DNA from: Candidatus Jordarchaeia archaeon
Lineage (GTDB): Archaea; Asgardarchaeota; Jordiarchaeia; Jordiarchaeales; Jordiarchaeaceae
Reading direction: 5' to 3'
DNA: 21,831 nt
NCBI GenBank assembly: GCA_018383815.1
Contig: JAHAWU010000050.1
Span: forward strand, 1-21,831
The first letter of the stretch is position 1, and each line of letters opens with the position of its first letter. Below the pieces are notes generated by a model that had not been told where the DNA came from, did no database searches, and saw only the letters and a program-made list of their open reading frames with translations. The translations under genes and the position numbers were made by a program. Positions 1 through 7,749 of the stretch are shown one piece after another.

Positions 1-1159
1 TAATTTTAGCAATATCGTTACATTCGGGTATAGTATAGATTTTGCGGTCAGGATACATTTCACGAATCCTGTCTAAGTTCTCTTCAATTGTGCAAGGCCC
101 AACGATTAAAATGTCCCCGGGCAGAAGATTGTCCAATTCGTCCCCACCAACACCCTTACCTGCAATAATGTTAAAGCCGCCCTCACCTTTAAAATCGTAC
201 CAGAAATAGAGAAGGGCCAATAACGTGTTTCCATAGCAGCCCTCAACACAGGCTATCTCCCTCCCTTTAACGAAGCGAACCTCGCTGGGGCAGTCCCTAC
301 ATGGGGTACATGGGAAACGCTCCCTGAAACGCGAAATATCACCAATAACCTCAATATCTTTAAGGTCACCGATCCCTAATCCCTGCTCCGCGGCAAGCTT
401 AACGTGTTTCACCTCTTCAACATCATAACCCAGGATTTTCGCACCTACCGTATCACATGCGACCACATCATTTGAAGCAATAAAAATATTCATTGGAACC
501 ACACACTCCGAAAGCAAAGTCTCAGGCGGAAAATGGCCAAACCTGGTGGCAGTAATACCCTCAATGATTGTAAAATCCGGACGAATAAACTTTACAGTAT
601 CCACAAGCTTCTGATGCAACTTATAATTATGATTCACAAGCTTATCACAATCATAAAGAAGCCCCTGAAAACACTTAATGCCCAGCGTAACAGTAGTCTC
701 CCAATGCGTCTTAAGCTTAGGAATATTAATCAGAACATTTCTACCCTTCCTACGAATAAGAGTATCGTATAAAATCTCAGGAAACTTAGTAGGAATACGC
801 TCATCACCCATCTCCACCATAACCGGCTTCTGCTCATCCAAGTACAGATTCTCACCCCCATTTGCCTCAACTATTCTAGCAATACCACTGACCTCAGCAA
901 CCATACGAGTAAAATTTCCCTGAGTAGAATTCTCCATCACGTAAACCTTATCCCCTGTAAATTCCCTAGCAATACTAATCATCTCACCTATAACCCTAGG
1001 ATCAGTGTACATTACCTTACCAAAGTGGACACCATTATACTTTATGAAAACCTTAGAATCAGGCTTAACAAACTCCTCAACGCCACCAAAAACATCAAAA
1101 ACTCGAAACAAAGACTCTCTAATATCCGAAACATCCTCAACAACAACCCTAGCCTTCAC
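1..1159 (-). CDS. DUF362 domain-containing protein; the C-terminal end runs off the window and the gene is absent from the supplied ORF track
   Basis: Hand translation of the minus strand gives one open frame from a GTG at 1159 to the window edge. A GGTGG Shine-Dalgarno-like motif lies a few nt upstream of the GTG. The translation reads VKARVVVEDVSDIRESLFRVF..VFIKYNGVHF..INIPKLKTHWETTVTLGIKCFQG..IIEGITATRFG..IFIASNDVVACDTVGAKILGYD..CTPCRDCP... These blocks follow the conserved DUF362 pattern. The + strand ORFs listed at 533-1259 are antisense artefacts of this gene. Confidence 0.8.
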   Translation of the reverse strand, partial: MKARVVVEDVSDIRESLFRVFDVFGGVEEFVKPDSKVFIKYNGVHFGKVMYTDPRVIGEMISIAREFTGDKVYVMENSTQGNFTRMVAEVSGIARIVEANGGENLYLDEQKPVMVEMGDERIPTKFPEILYDTLIRRKGRNVLINIPKLKTHWETTVTLGIKCFQGLLYDCDKLVNHNYKLHQKLVDTVKFIRPDFTIIEGITATRFGHFPPETLLSECVVPMNIFIASNDVVACDTVGAKILGYDVEEVKHVKLAAEQGLGIGDLKDIEVIGDISRFRERFPCTPCRDCPSEVRFVKGREIACVEGCYGNTLLALLYFWYDFKGEGGFNIIAGKGVGGDELDNLLPGDILIVGPCTIEENLDRIREMYPDRKIYTIPECNDIAKI

Positions 1160-1355
1160 AAAACCACCCCGAAAACAAATTACCAACAAATACGAGATGC
1201 TAATACAACTTGCTTCACAACCAATAAATAGTTATTTGCCAAGACTCGAAACCATCTAGATTCCAAAAATTTTCATCCACCTCTGAAGGGAAACACTACA
1301 ACATCCAAATTTTAAATAATCAAGGTTACCAACTCTCAAGGAGTCAAATTGCTTC

Positions 1356-1931
1356 CTATTTAGGAATCAGACCCTCTCTAGACCAACCCTTATCGTAGGG
1401 AGTGCCAAAGAACCATTTAACCCCCCGCGATTTTATAAACCACCTTCAATTCCTTTTCTCGTACTCATCATAATATATTCCCGCAAGCCAACCAGCCACA
1501 TTGTTCTCCCTTTAGTACTTGGAACCAAAAAAATACCACTTACCCGTAGCCCTATCCTCACCATCAATCTCTATCAAAGGGTTAAGCAACATATGGATGA
1601 TGTAGAATGGTTCGGTTATGCCTTAAAAAGGGGAGTTTTTAAAGCTCCTTTCGCAATTTAGAGCCTTATGAGGGAAACGGAACCGAATGAATCTACATCG
1701 CCCAACATATGCACACTAAATGAAAGCACCCCAAAAACCACTTTTACATAAAAGTTCCTTATCTCTTACCGACCCTTAGCACTACCAAAAGATCCAAAAT
1801 CAACAAAAGCATCCCTCAGCAAACACCTCCCTCAAAAGCAAATGCTGACACGAAGAATCCTCATAATATCCATCCACATAATAGCAATACTTAGCCTTCA
1901 ACTTTTTAATTTCCTCAACATCCTCCAACAT
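1356..1931 (-). pseudogene. Decayed SnoaL-like / NTF2-fold (SnoaL_4-type) gene
   Basis: The minus strand has an ATG at 1931 preceded by GGGGTG. It reads MLEDVEEIKKLKAKYCYYVDGYYEDSSCQHLLLREVFAE, then needs a frameshift (extra G in GAGGGAT) to continue DAFVDFGSFGSAKGR*EIRNFYVKVVFGVLSFSVHML. A 107-bp insertion follows, then LNPLIEIDGEDRATGKWYFFGSKY*RENNVAGWLAGIYYDEYEKRN*..WFFGTPYDKGWSREGLIPK*. In total there is at least one frameshift, three in-frame stops and one insertion. No ORF of 60 aa or more is called here. Confidence 0.7.
1596..1702. mobile_element. MITE-like non-autonomous insertion (107 bp) with 22-nt imperfect terminal inverted repeats and a 9-bp target-site duplication
   Basis: The left end is gatgatgtagaatggttcggtt (1596-1617). 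The reverse complement of the right end (1681-1702) is ggcgatgtagattcattcggtt, which matches at 17 of 22 positions. The direct repeat caacatatg flanks both sides (1587-1595 and 1703-1711). Removing the element plus one repeat copy restores the reading ..SVHMLLNPLIEIDG.. of the host pseudogene. Confidence 0.6.
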
Positions 1932-2068
1932 AACAAACACCCCAAAAATTCCAGACAGATTAAATCACCTAATAATTAATTTTCACACTATTTTAAATTA
2001 TCTAAAAATAGAAAATTAAATTAAGAACCAAAACACTCTAAACAATAACCAAAAAAGGAGGCATAAAA

Positions 2069-2497
2069 GTGAAAAAAGCACCAAGCGAAAAGGTAACAGA
2101 CTACAAAATCAGCCAACTAGGAATAGTGGTAAAGGACATGGAGAAAACAGCAAAATTCCTCGAAAAACTAGGAATAGGACCGTTCCCCACAATAGAAACA
2201 GAAGTACCAGGTGGCAAAGTGAAAATCGGCATATACCAGCAGGGAGACCTACAAATCGAGCTAATCCAACCCCTAGAAGGAGACACAATACACTCCAAAT
2301 GGCTCAAACAAAAAGGAGAAGGACTCCACCACGTAAGCTACCACTGCAAAGACATTGAAAAAGAACTAAAAAACCTACAAAAAATTGGAGTAAAAATCCT
2401 CGACAGAGGAGAAATCTTCGGAGTAAAATGGGCCTACCTTGACACACAAGAAAAATGCGGATTCATACTAGAACTAGGACAATGGCCAGAAGGATAA
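2069..2497 (+). CDS. VOC (glyoxalase/dioxygenase) family protein, methylmalonyl-CoA epimerase-like
   Basis: GTG start with AAGGAGG 7 nt upstream. The pattern LGIVVKDMEKTAKFLEKLG..IELIQPLEGDTIHSKWLKQKGEGLHHVSYHCKDIEKEL..GVKIL..GFILEL is typical of MCE-type VOC proteins. Confidence 0.75.
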   Translation: MKKAPSEKVTDYKISQLGIVVKDMEKTAKFLEKLGIGPFPTIETEVPGGKVKIGIYQQGDLQIELIQPLEGDTIHSKWLKQKGEGLHHVSYHCKDIEKELKNLQKIGVKILDRGEIFGVKWAYLDTQEKCGFILELGQWPEG

Positions 2498-2614
2498 AAA
2501 ACTAAACAATTAAAAACACACATATTCAGCTTCAACAAAAGTTGCACACAATTCTTAAATAATAACTCAGTAGATAACCAACCTAACAACACACCACCCT
2601 CAAGGGCGACAAGA

Positions 2615-5446
2615 ATGGACTGGAACCAAATTGAAAAAAAATGGCAACAAAGATGGAAACAGGCCAAAATATTCCAAGCAGACCCCCCACCAAAAAATAA
2701 AAGAAAAGCTAAACATTCAAAAGGAAAACTATTTACATTCCCCTACGCATATATGAACGGACCGTTACATATAGGTCATGCCTTAACCTGTTTGCGTGTG
2801 GATATTTACGCTCGTTTTAAGCGTATGCAGGGTTATAATGTGTTGTTCCCGTTTGCTTTTCATTATACGGGGGAGCCCCTAGTGGGTGTAGCTAAGCGTA
2901 TTGCGGAGGGTGATCAGAAGCAGATTGAAATTTTGGTTAGGAGTGGTGTGCCACGAGAAGAGATTAGCAAATTTACGGATCCTAAATATATTGGTGATTA
3001 TTATCGGGCTGAGGCTATCGAAACGGTGGATCGGATTGGTTTTAGTGTTGATTGGCGGCGTCAGTTTACTACTGTTGATCCTCCTTATAATAAGTTTATT
3101 GAGTGGCAGTATTGGACTTTGCGTGATAAGGGTTATGTGGTTTTGGGTAGTCATCCGGTGGTTTGGTGTCCTCGTTGTTTGTCGCCTACTGGTGATCATG
3201 ATCGCTTGGTGGGTGAGGGTGTTTCTCCCATTGAGTATACTTTGTTGAAGTTTGAGTGTGATGGTGCTTTTCTTATGGCTGCTACTTTGCGTCCGGAGAC
3301 TGTTTTTGGTGTTACGAATATGTGGTTGAATCCGGATGCGGTTTATGTTCGGGCGCGTGTTGATGGTGAGGTGTGGATTGTTAGTAGGGAGGCTGTTCAG
3401 AAGCTTAGGGATCAGTTGCATGTGGTTGAGGTTTTGGAGGAGTTTGAAGGGCGTAGGCTTATTGGTAAGTTTTGCAGGAATGTGGTGGTGGGTAGTGAGG
3501 TTCCCATTTTGCCTGCTTCTTTTGTTGATCCGGGTAATGCTTCAGGTGTGGTTATGAGTGTTCCGAGTCATGCTCCTTTTGACTGGGCAGCTATTGCTGA
3601 TTTGCGTAGGAATCCTGAGGTTCTTAGGGAGTACGGTATTGATCCAAGTATTGTTATGGGGTTGGAGCCCATTTCTTTGATTGAGACTGAGGGGTTTGGT
3701 GAGCATCCCGCCGTAGATCTTGTTGAGGCGGCGGGTATTAAGAGTCAGAAGGATAAGCGGTTGGAGGATATCACTAAGGAGGTTTATCGGAGGGAGTTTC
3801 ATAAGGGTATTCTCAAAAAGGTCACTGGTAGATATGCGGGGCGGGGTGTTGCCGAAGTTAAGAAGGAGTTAATTGCAGATTTTGTGAGTGAGGGTAAGGC
3901 GAGTAGTTTGTGGGAGACTGCGGAGCCTGTGGTTTGCCGTTGTAATACGCGTACTATTGTGAAGATTTTGGAGAATCAGTGGTTTTTGAAGTATAGTGAT
4001 CCGGAGTGGAAGGCGCGGGTTAGAGAGCTTTTGGAGCGTATGATAATTGTTCCGGATGAGGCTAGGAGTGCTTTTGAGTATACTGTGGATTGGTTGGAGG
4101 ATAAGGCTTGTGTGCGGCGGAGTGGCTTGGGTACTAGGCTTCCTTGGGATCCAGATTGGATTGTGGAGACTTTGTCGGATTCTACGGTTTATATGGCTTT
4201 TTACACTGTTGCTAAGCACATTTATGGTTTGGGGATTCCGGCGGAGAAGTTGACTCGTGAAGTTTTTGATTATATTTTTTTGGGTAAAGGAAATGTGGAG
4301 GAGGTTGCTGGGAGGAGTGGTTTGGATGAAGAGTTGTTAGAGGATATGAGGGATGAGTTTGAGTACTGGTATCCTGTCTCTCTTAGGAATTCGGCTAAGG
4401 AGTTGATTTTTAATCACTTGACGTTTTTCTTGTTCCAGCATGTGGCTATTTGGCCGGAGGATAAGTGGCCGCGGATGGTGGGGGCCAACGGTATGATTCA
4501 GATTGAGGGGCAGAAGATGAGTAAGTCGCGGGGAATTTTTATTACTCTTAAGGAGGCTTTGGACCAATATAATGCTGATCCTACTCGTTTTGAGTTGGCG
4601 TATTCGGCTGAGGGATTGGTGGATCCGGATTGGCGGGCTCAGGAGGTTGTGAGTCTCCGTAGACGGTTGGAGTTGCTTTATGATTTTGCTACCAATCTAC
4701 CTGAGACTAAGCCTTTGGATAGGGATATTGATCCCTGGCTTTTGAGTAGGGTTCATAGGCATATTAAGGCGGCTACTGAGTATTATGAGGTTATGAGGAA
4801 TCGCTCTGCTCTTCAGGAGGGATTTTTCGACCTGTGGAATGATATCCGCTGGTATATGAGGCGTACTGAGGAATATTCAGATGTTTTAAGGAAGGCTGTG
4901 GAGACCATGATTCTTCTGGTGTCTCCTGTGACTCCTCATATTTGTGAGGAGATTTGGGAAAGAATTGGCCACAAGAGGTTCATTGTTCAGGAGCCTTGGC
5001 CGACTTATGATGAGAAGTATTTTGATGAGGAGTTGGAGCTTCGGGAGAAACTCATAAGCGACACCATTGAGGATATAAAGGAGATTCTCAAGGTTACCAG
5101 AATTGAGAAGCCTTCCAAGATTACTCTTTTTGTGGCTCAGAGTTGGAAGTACAAGATTTTAGCGGAGTCCTTAAAGAATAGGGAGGATTTGATAAAGAGA
5201 GTTATGGCTGATGCGGAGGTTAAGAAGCAGGGAAAAGATGCTGTGAACTATGCGCAAAAGTTGCTCAAGAATCCTCGCCATGAGATGCTTACTCAGGAAA
5301 TAGAATTTCAGACTTTATCTGAGGCGGCAGAGTTCTTGGCTAAGGAATTTGGAGCTAAAGTTGAGGTTCTGAGGGCTGAGGAGTCGAAACATGAGAAGGC
5401 CAGGATGGCTGAACCATTAAAACCAGGAGTTCTCATCGAAACCTAA
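2615..5446 (+). CDS. leuS: Leucine--tRNA ligase (archaeal/eukaryal type)
   Basis: 943 aa. It has the HIGH motif (PLHIGH), the KMSKS motif (QKMSKSRG), a CP1 editing-domain region and an archaeal-style C-terminal extension. All other ORFs listed between 2879 and 4567 are nested artefacts. Confidence 0.97.
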   Translation: MDWNQIEKKWQQRWKQAKIFQADPPPKNKRKAKHSKGKLFTFPYAYMNGPLHIGHALTCLRVDIYARFKRMQGYNVLFPFAFHYTGEPLVGVAKRIAEGDQKQIEILVRSGVPREEISKFTDPKYIGDYYRAEAIETVDRIGFSVDWRRQFTTVDPPYNKFIEWQYWTLRDKGYVVLGSHPVVWCPRCLSPTGDHDRLVGEGVSPIEYTLLKFECDGAFLMAATLRPETVFGVTNMWLNPDAVYVRARVDGEVWIVSREAVQKLRDQLHVVEVLEEFEGRRLIGKFCRNVVVGSEVPILPASFVDPGNASGVVMSVPSHAPFDWAAIADLRRNPEVLREYGIDPSIVMGLEPISLIETEGFGEHPAVDLVEAAGIKSQKDKRLEDITKEVYRREFHKGILKKVTGRYAGRGVAEVKKELIADFVSEGKASSLWETAEPVVCRCNTRTIVKILENQWFLKYSDPEWKARVRELLERMIIVPDEARSAFEYTVDWLEDKACVRRSGLGTRLPWDPDWIVETLSDSTVYMAFYTVAKHIYGLGIPAEKLTREVFDYIFLGKGNVEEVAGRSGLDEELLEDMRDEFEYWYPVSLRNSAKELIFNHLTFFLFQHVAIWPEDKWPRMVGANGMIQIEGQKMSKSRGIFITLKEALDQYNADPTRFELAYSAEGLVDPDWRAQEVVSLRRRLELLYDFATNLPETKPLDRDIDPWLLSRVHRHIKAATEYYEVMRNRSALQEGFFDLWNDIRWYMRRTEEYSDVLRKAVETMILLVSPVTPHICEEIWERIGHKRFIVQEPWPTYDEKYFDEELELREKLISDTIEDIKEILKVTRIEKPSKITLFVAQSWKYKILAESLKNREDLIKRVMADAEVKKQGKDAVNYAQKLLKNPRHEMLTQEIEFQTLSEAAEFLAKEFGAKVEVLRAEESKHEKARMAEPLKPGVLIET

Positions 5447-5448
5447 TG

Positions 5449-5516
5449 TTTTTGTGTAGATAGTGTGTTGTGATCTATTTTTACCTAGTGGGAGGAGACG
5501 CGGGTTTTTATTTTTG
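5449..5516. terminator. T-run terminator region shared by convergent leuS and serS
   Basis: A TGTTTTTG run lies directly after the leuS stop, and GGGTTTTTATTTTTGGG lies at 5502-5518. Archaeal termination typically uses oligo-T runs. Confidence 0.35.
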
Positions 5517-5521
5517 GGTTC

Positions 5522-7084
5522 CTATGGCCAAGTTACTGTTTTGGGGACTTCGGGTAATTTTTCGCCAATGTATTTTTTGATTTTTGGGGGCCAGTCGTCA
5601 TAGTTGAATCCGTGTCTTATTAGGGTTACGTATGCGTAGCGAGATGGGCCCATTCCTACGCATCCGGTGTATACTGTTTTGCGGGTTTTGTCTCGGAAGT
5701 GGAATCTTTTTGCGTAAAAGTCAGTGTGTACGTGGAAGCTGGAGATTTCTAGTTCGGCTTCGGGTCTACTTTTGGTTTCGAAGGGGAGTATTACGGTGAG
5801 GTCGTAGGTTTTCACGAATTCTTCCTCTTTATGTTCTTCGGCGATTCCGGCGTGTTCAAGGTATACGGCGGTGGTTGCGTCTATTCGGTATTCTAGGTCC
5901 AAGTCTTTGTCTATCATGGTTTTAGCTTTTTCGAGTATTTGGTCTCTTATTTCTATGCATTTTTGGGGTGGTGCCATGTATACGAATTCTATTCTGTGGA
6001 ACTCGTTTAGGCGTTCTAGGCCTTTTAGTCCTCCCCCTTCCCACCTCCAGGTGGGTCCATTTTTGTCGTAGAATTTTATGGGGTTTTTCTCAAGTTCTTC
6101 TACGTCTACTATTTCTTGGGCGAATAGTTCGTAGAAGGGTTCACATTGGGCGTATGCTAATCCAAACATGGGGGGGCGGAGTTTTTTCTGGAGTAATTCC
6201 ACGGGAGGAGTGCCAGTTATTTCCACGTAGTCTAGTATTTCCTCGAATTCCTTGGGGTCTCGGGATATTGGGGGACAGGCCCATATTATCTCATTTGCTA
6301 TTCCGAAGTGCCCCTTTTTCATCTCAACTTCTAGTGGAATTAGTCGGGGAAGCATAACTTCTTGGAAGCCTAGGGGCTTTGCGATGTCATCAATGATTAT
6401 GTTTTCTATGGCTCTGATAAGAGCAGCATAGGGGGGCAGTATCTGCCATATGCCCGCTCCCGGGAACTCTTTAACCCATCCTAATTTAACCGCAGCTTCG
6501 GTGGGGTCTTCTCTTAACTTGTATTTTTCCAGGCCTTTGTTGCTTCTTTCAACGGTGCGTGTGTACTCCGCTTTTCCGTGAACATATTGAGCCGTAATTT
6601 TCTCCTCGAGACGCCGCAGTAGGCGGTCGGGGTAGTTTCTTTTGAGTTCACTCTCATCCATTTCCACCATAGTTATGGTGGCTGTTTTATCCTTGATTTC
6701 TAATTCTTTGGTGAAGGGTAGGGTTACTGGCTCTAGGGGTGTTTTTTCAAGTTGGGTTTCAATTCTGTACTTGGTGGCGACAGATTTCCGAATACCCGTG
6801 TGATATTTTGATCCTAGAATATTGGATAGTACGTTGGAAAGTCTGAGTAGTGCGGTGTGTGCTCTAACGTATCTGCCGCTAATTATCTGCAGTTCTATCT
6901 TATCCCCTTTGAGAGACCACTTGGTTACTTGTGCCCCTTCAGATTCTTTTCCTTTGGGCGCTCCTTTTTTAAGTAGTTTTTTGTTGGCTTCCTCGAAGAA
7001 GGCTTCTAATTCGCTTTGGGCTTCCTCAGGAAGAACACCGCTCAATTCGAAATAACCATCCAACTCCAAGTGCAACATTTCCAC
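5522..7084 (-). CDS. serS: Serine--tRNA ligase, atypical methanogen-type (type 2)
   Basis: 520 aa. The N-terminal domain reads ..WSLKGDKIELQIISGRYVRAHTALLRL..NYPDRLLRRLEEKI. The core motifs are AYAQCEPF, NEFHRIEF and TGCVGMGPSRYA. As I recall them, these match the Methanosarcina barkeri / Methanococcus-type SerRS rather than the bacterial-type enzyme. GAGGTGG precedes the ATG. Confidence 0.88.
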   Translation of the reverse strand: MEMLHLELDGYFELSGVLPEEAQSELEAFFEEANKKLLKKGAPKGKESEGAQVTKWSLKGDKIELQIISGRYVRAHTALLRLSNVLSNILGSKYHTGIRKSVATKYRIETQLEKTPLEPVTLPFTKELEIKDKTATITMVEMDESELKRNYPDRLLRRLEEKITAQYVHGKAEYTRTVERSNKGLEKYKLREDPTEAAVKLGWVKEFPGAGIWQILPPYAALIRAIENIIIDDIAKPLGFQEVMLPRLIPLEVEMKKGHFGIANEIIWACPPISRDPKEFEEILDYVEITGTPPVELLQKKLRPPMFGLAYAQCEPFYELFAQEIVDVEELEKNPIKFYDKNGPTWRWEGGGLKGLERLNEFHRIEFVYMAPPQKCIEIRDQILEKAKTMIDKDLDLEYRIDATTAVYLEHAGIAEEHKEEEFVKTYDLTVILPFETKSRPEAELEISSFHVHTDFYAKRFHFRDKTRKTVYTGCVGMGPSRYAYVTLIRHGFNYDDWPPKIKKYIGEKLPEVPKTVTWP

Positions 7085-7185
7085 CTCTTTAGTAGGGGAG
7101 GCCTAGTAGGCTACTATGCTGGAAAAAACGTAGGCTTTGTCGGTGGTGAGTATTTATTCCAAAATCCCTTTTTTTGGAGGTGATT

Positions 7186-7293
7186 ATGGTGTACCCACTT
7201 GAAAAGCGGATGTATAAAAACATTTTGGAAAGTGGTGTTCACACAAACTTGGGCCAACTAAAGATAGAAATCAGTGTCCCTTCCATATTTTAA
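7186..7293 (+). CDS. Possible small protein (35 aa), unverified
   Basis: ATG at 7186 with a strong GGAGGTGA motif ending 2 nt upstream. It translates as MVYPLEKRMYKNILESGVHTNLGQLKIEISVPSIF. I recognise no similarity. Confidence 0.2.
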   Translation: MVYPLEKRMYKNILESGVHTNLGQLKIEISVPSIF

Positions 7294-7294
7294 T

Positions 7295-7738
7295 TTATGG
7301 TAATTCGGTTCCTGGAGTCATAATGGTGTACTTTACAAGTTTAACTCCCTTGAGGGCAAGTATTTCATTGTTGAGTTTTTCGATATCCTCCACTTTTCCC
7401 CTTACTGCCAGAACAATCATACATTCACGTTCATCCAAATGTACATGCATGGAGGAAGCTATCAGTTTTAAATATTTGTGCTGTAGCTCGGTGATTTCAT
7501 CCATTATTCCTGTGGTCTCGTGGTCCAAGATTATGGTTATTGAGCCCACCATATCACCCTTACCCTTGTGCATCCAAGTATAGTTTACTATGAAGTCACG
7601 CATCGCTTTGCGTATCGCGTCAGATCTACCCTGTATTCCGAGAGACTCTGTAACCTTGTCAAATTCTTTAAGTAGGTCTTCTGGGAGGGAAACACTAAAA
7701 CGAATAAATTTCTCTGACTCAACCAAAGTTTTAACCAC
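7295..7738 (-). CDS. nikR: Nickel-responsive transcriptional regulator NikR
   Basis: The N-terminal ribbon-helix-helix reads IRFSVSLPEDLLKEFDKV..RSDAIRKAMRDFI. The C-terminal metal-binding domain has an upstream His (LDHETTG) and the H-x-H-x5-C nickel site (MHVHLDERECM). Confidence 0.85.
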   Translation of the reverse strand: MVKTLVESEKFIRFSVSLPEDLLKEFDKVTESLGIQGRSDAIRKAMRDFIVNYTWMHKGKGDMVGSITIILDHETTGIMDEITELQHKYLKLIASSMHVHLDERECMIVLAVRGKVEDIEKLNNEILALKGVKLVKYTIMTPGTELP

Positions 7739-7749
7739 ACCTTAAAATT

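Noticed and set aside
533-1259. Four + strand ORFs (533-772, 678-923, 1005-1259, 1025-1231).
   Set aside because: They lie antisense to, and entirely within, the well-supported minus-strand DUF362 gene. Their translations are low-complexity (Asn/Thr/Lys/Pro rich) because of the A+C skew.
1941-2068. AT-rich 130-nt block near the skew flip, considered as a possible replication origin.
   Set aside because: It has no ORB-like inverted repeats and there is no orc1/cdc6 nearby. The actual skew change point is about 700 nt away, inside leuS. The block is adequately explained as a divergent promoter region.
2879-4567. Eight ORFs of 68-180 aa on both strands, nested inside leuS. They have low-complexity translations: Leu/Val/Gly/Trp-rich on the + strand and Asn/Pro/Thr/His-rich on the - strand.
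   Set aside because: They are by-products of the extreme G+T skew. A is scarce on the + strand, so stop codons are rare in all frames. leuS fully accounts for the region.
2750-7100. Chemical or technical artefact (for example bisulfite-like C-to-T conversion, or chimeric assembly) as the cause of the skew.
   Set aside because: Both C and A are depleted on the same strand. The changes are concentrated at synonymous positions, and the encoded LeuRS and SerRS remain intact with all catalytic motifs. The bias is therefore evolutionary rather than a read-level artefact. Read mapping would still be a sensible control.
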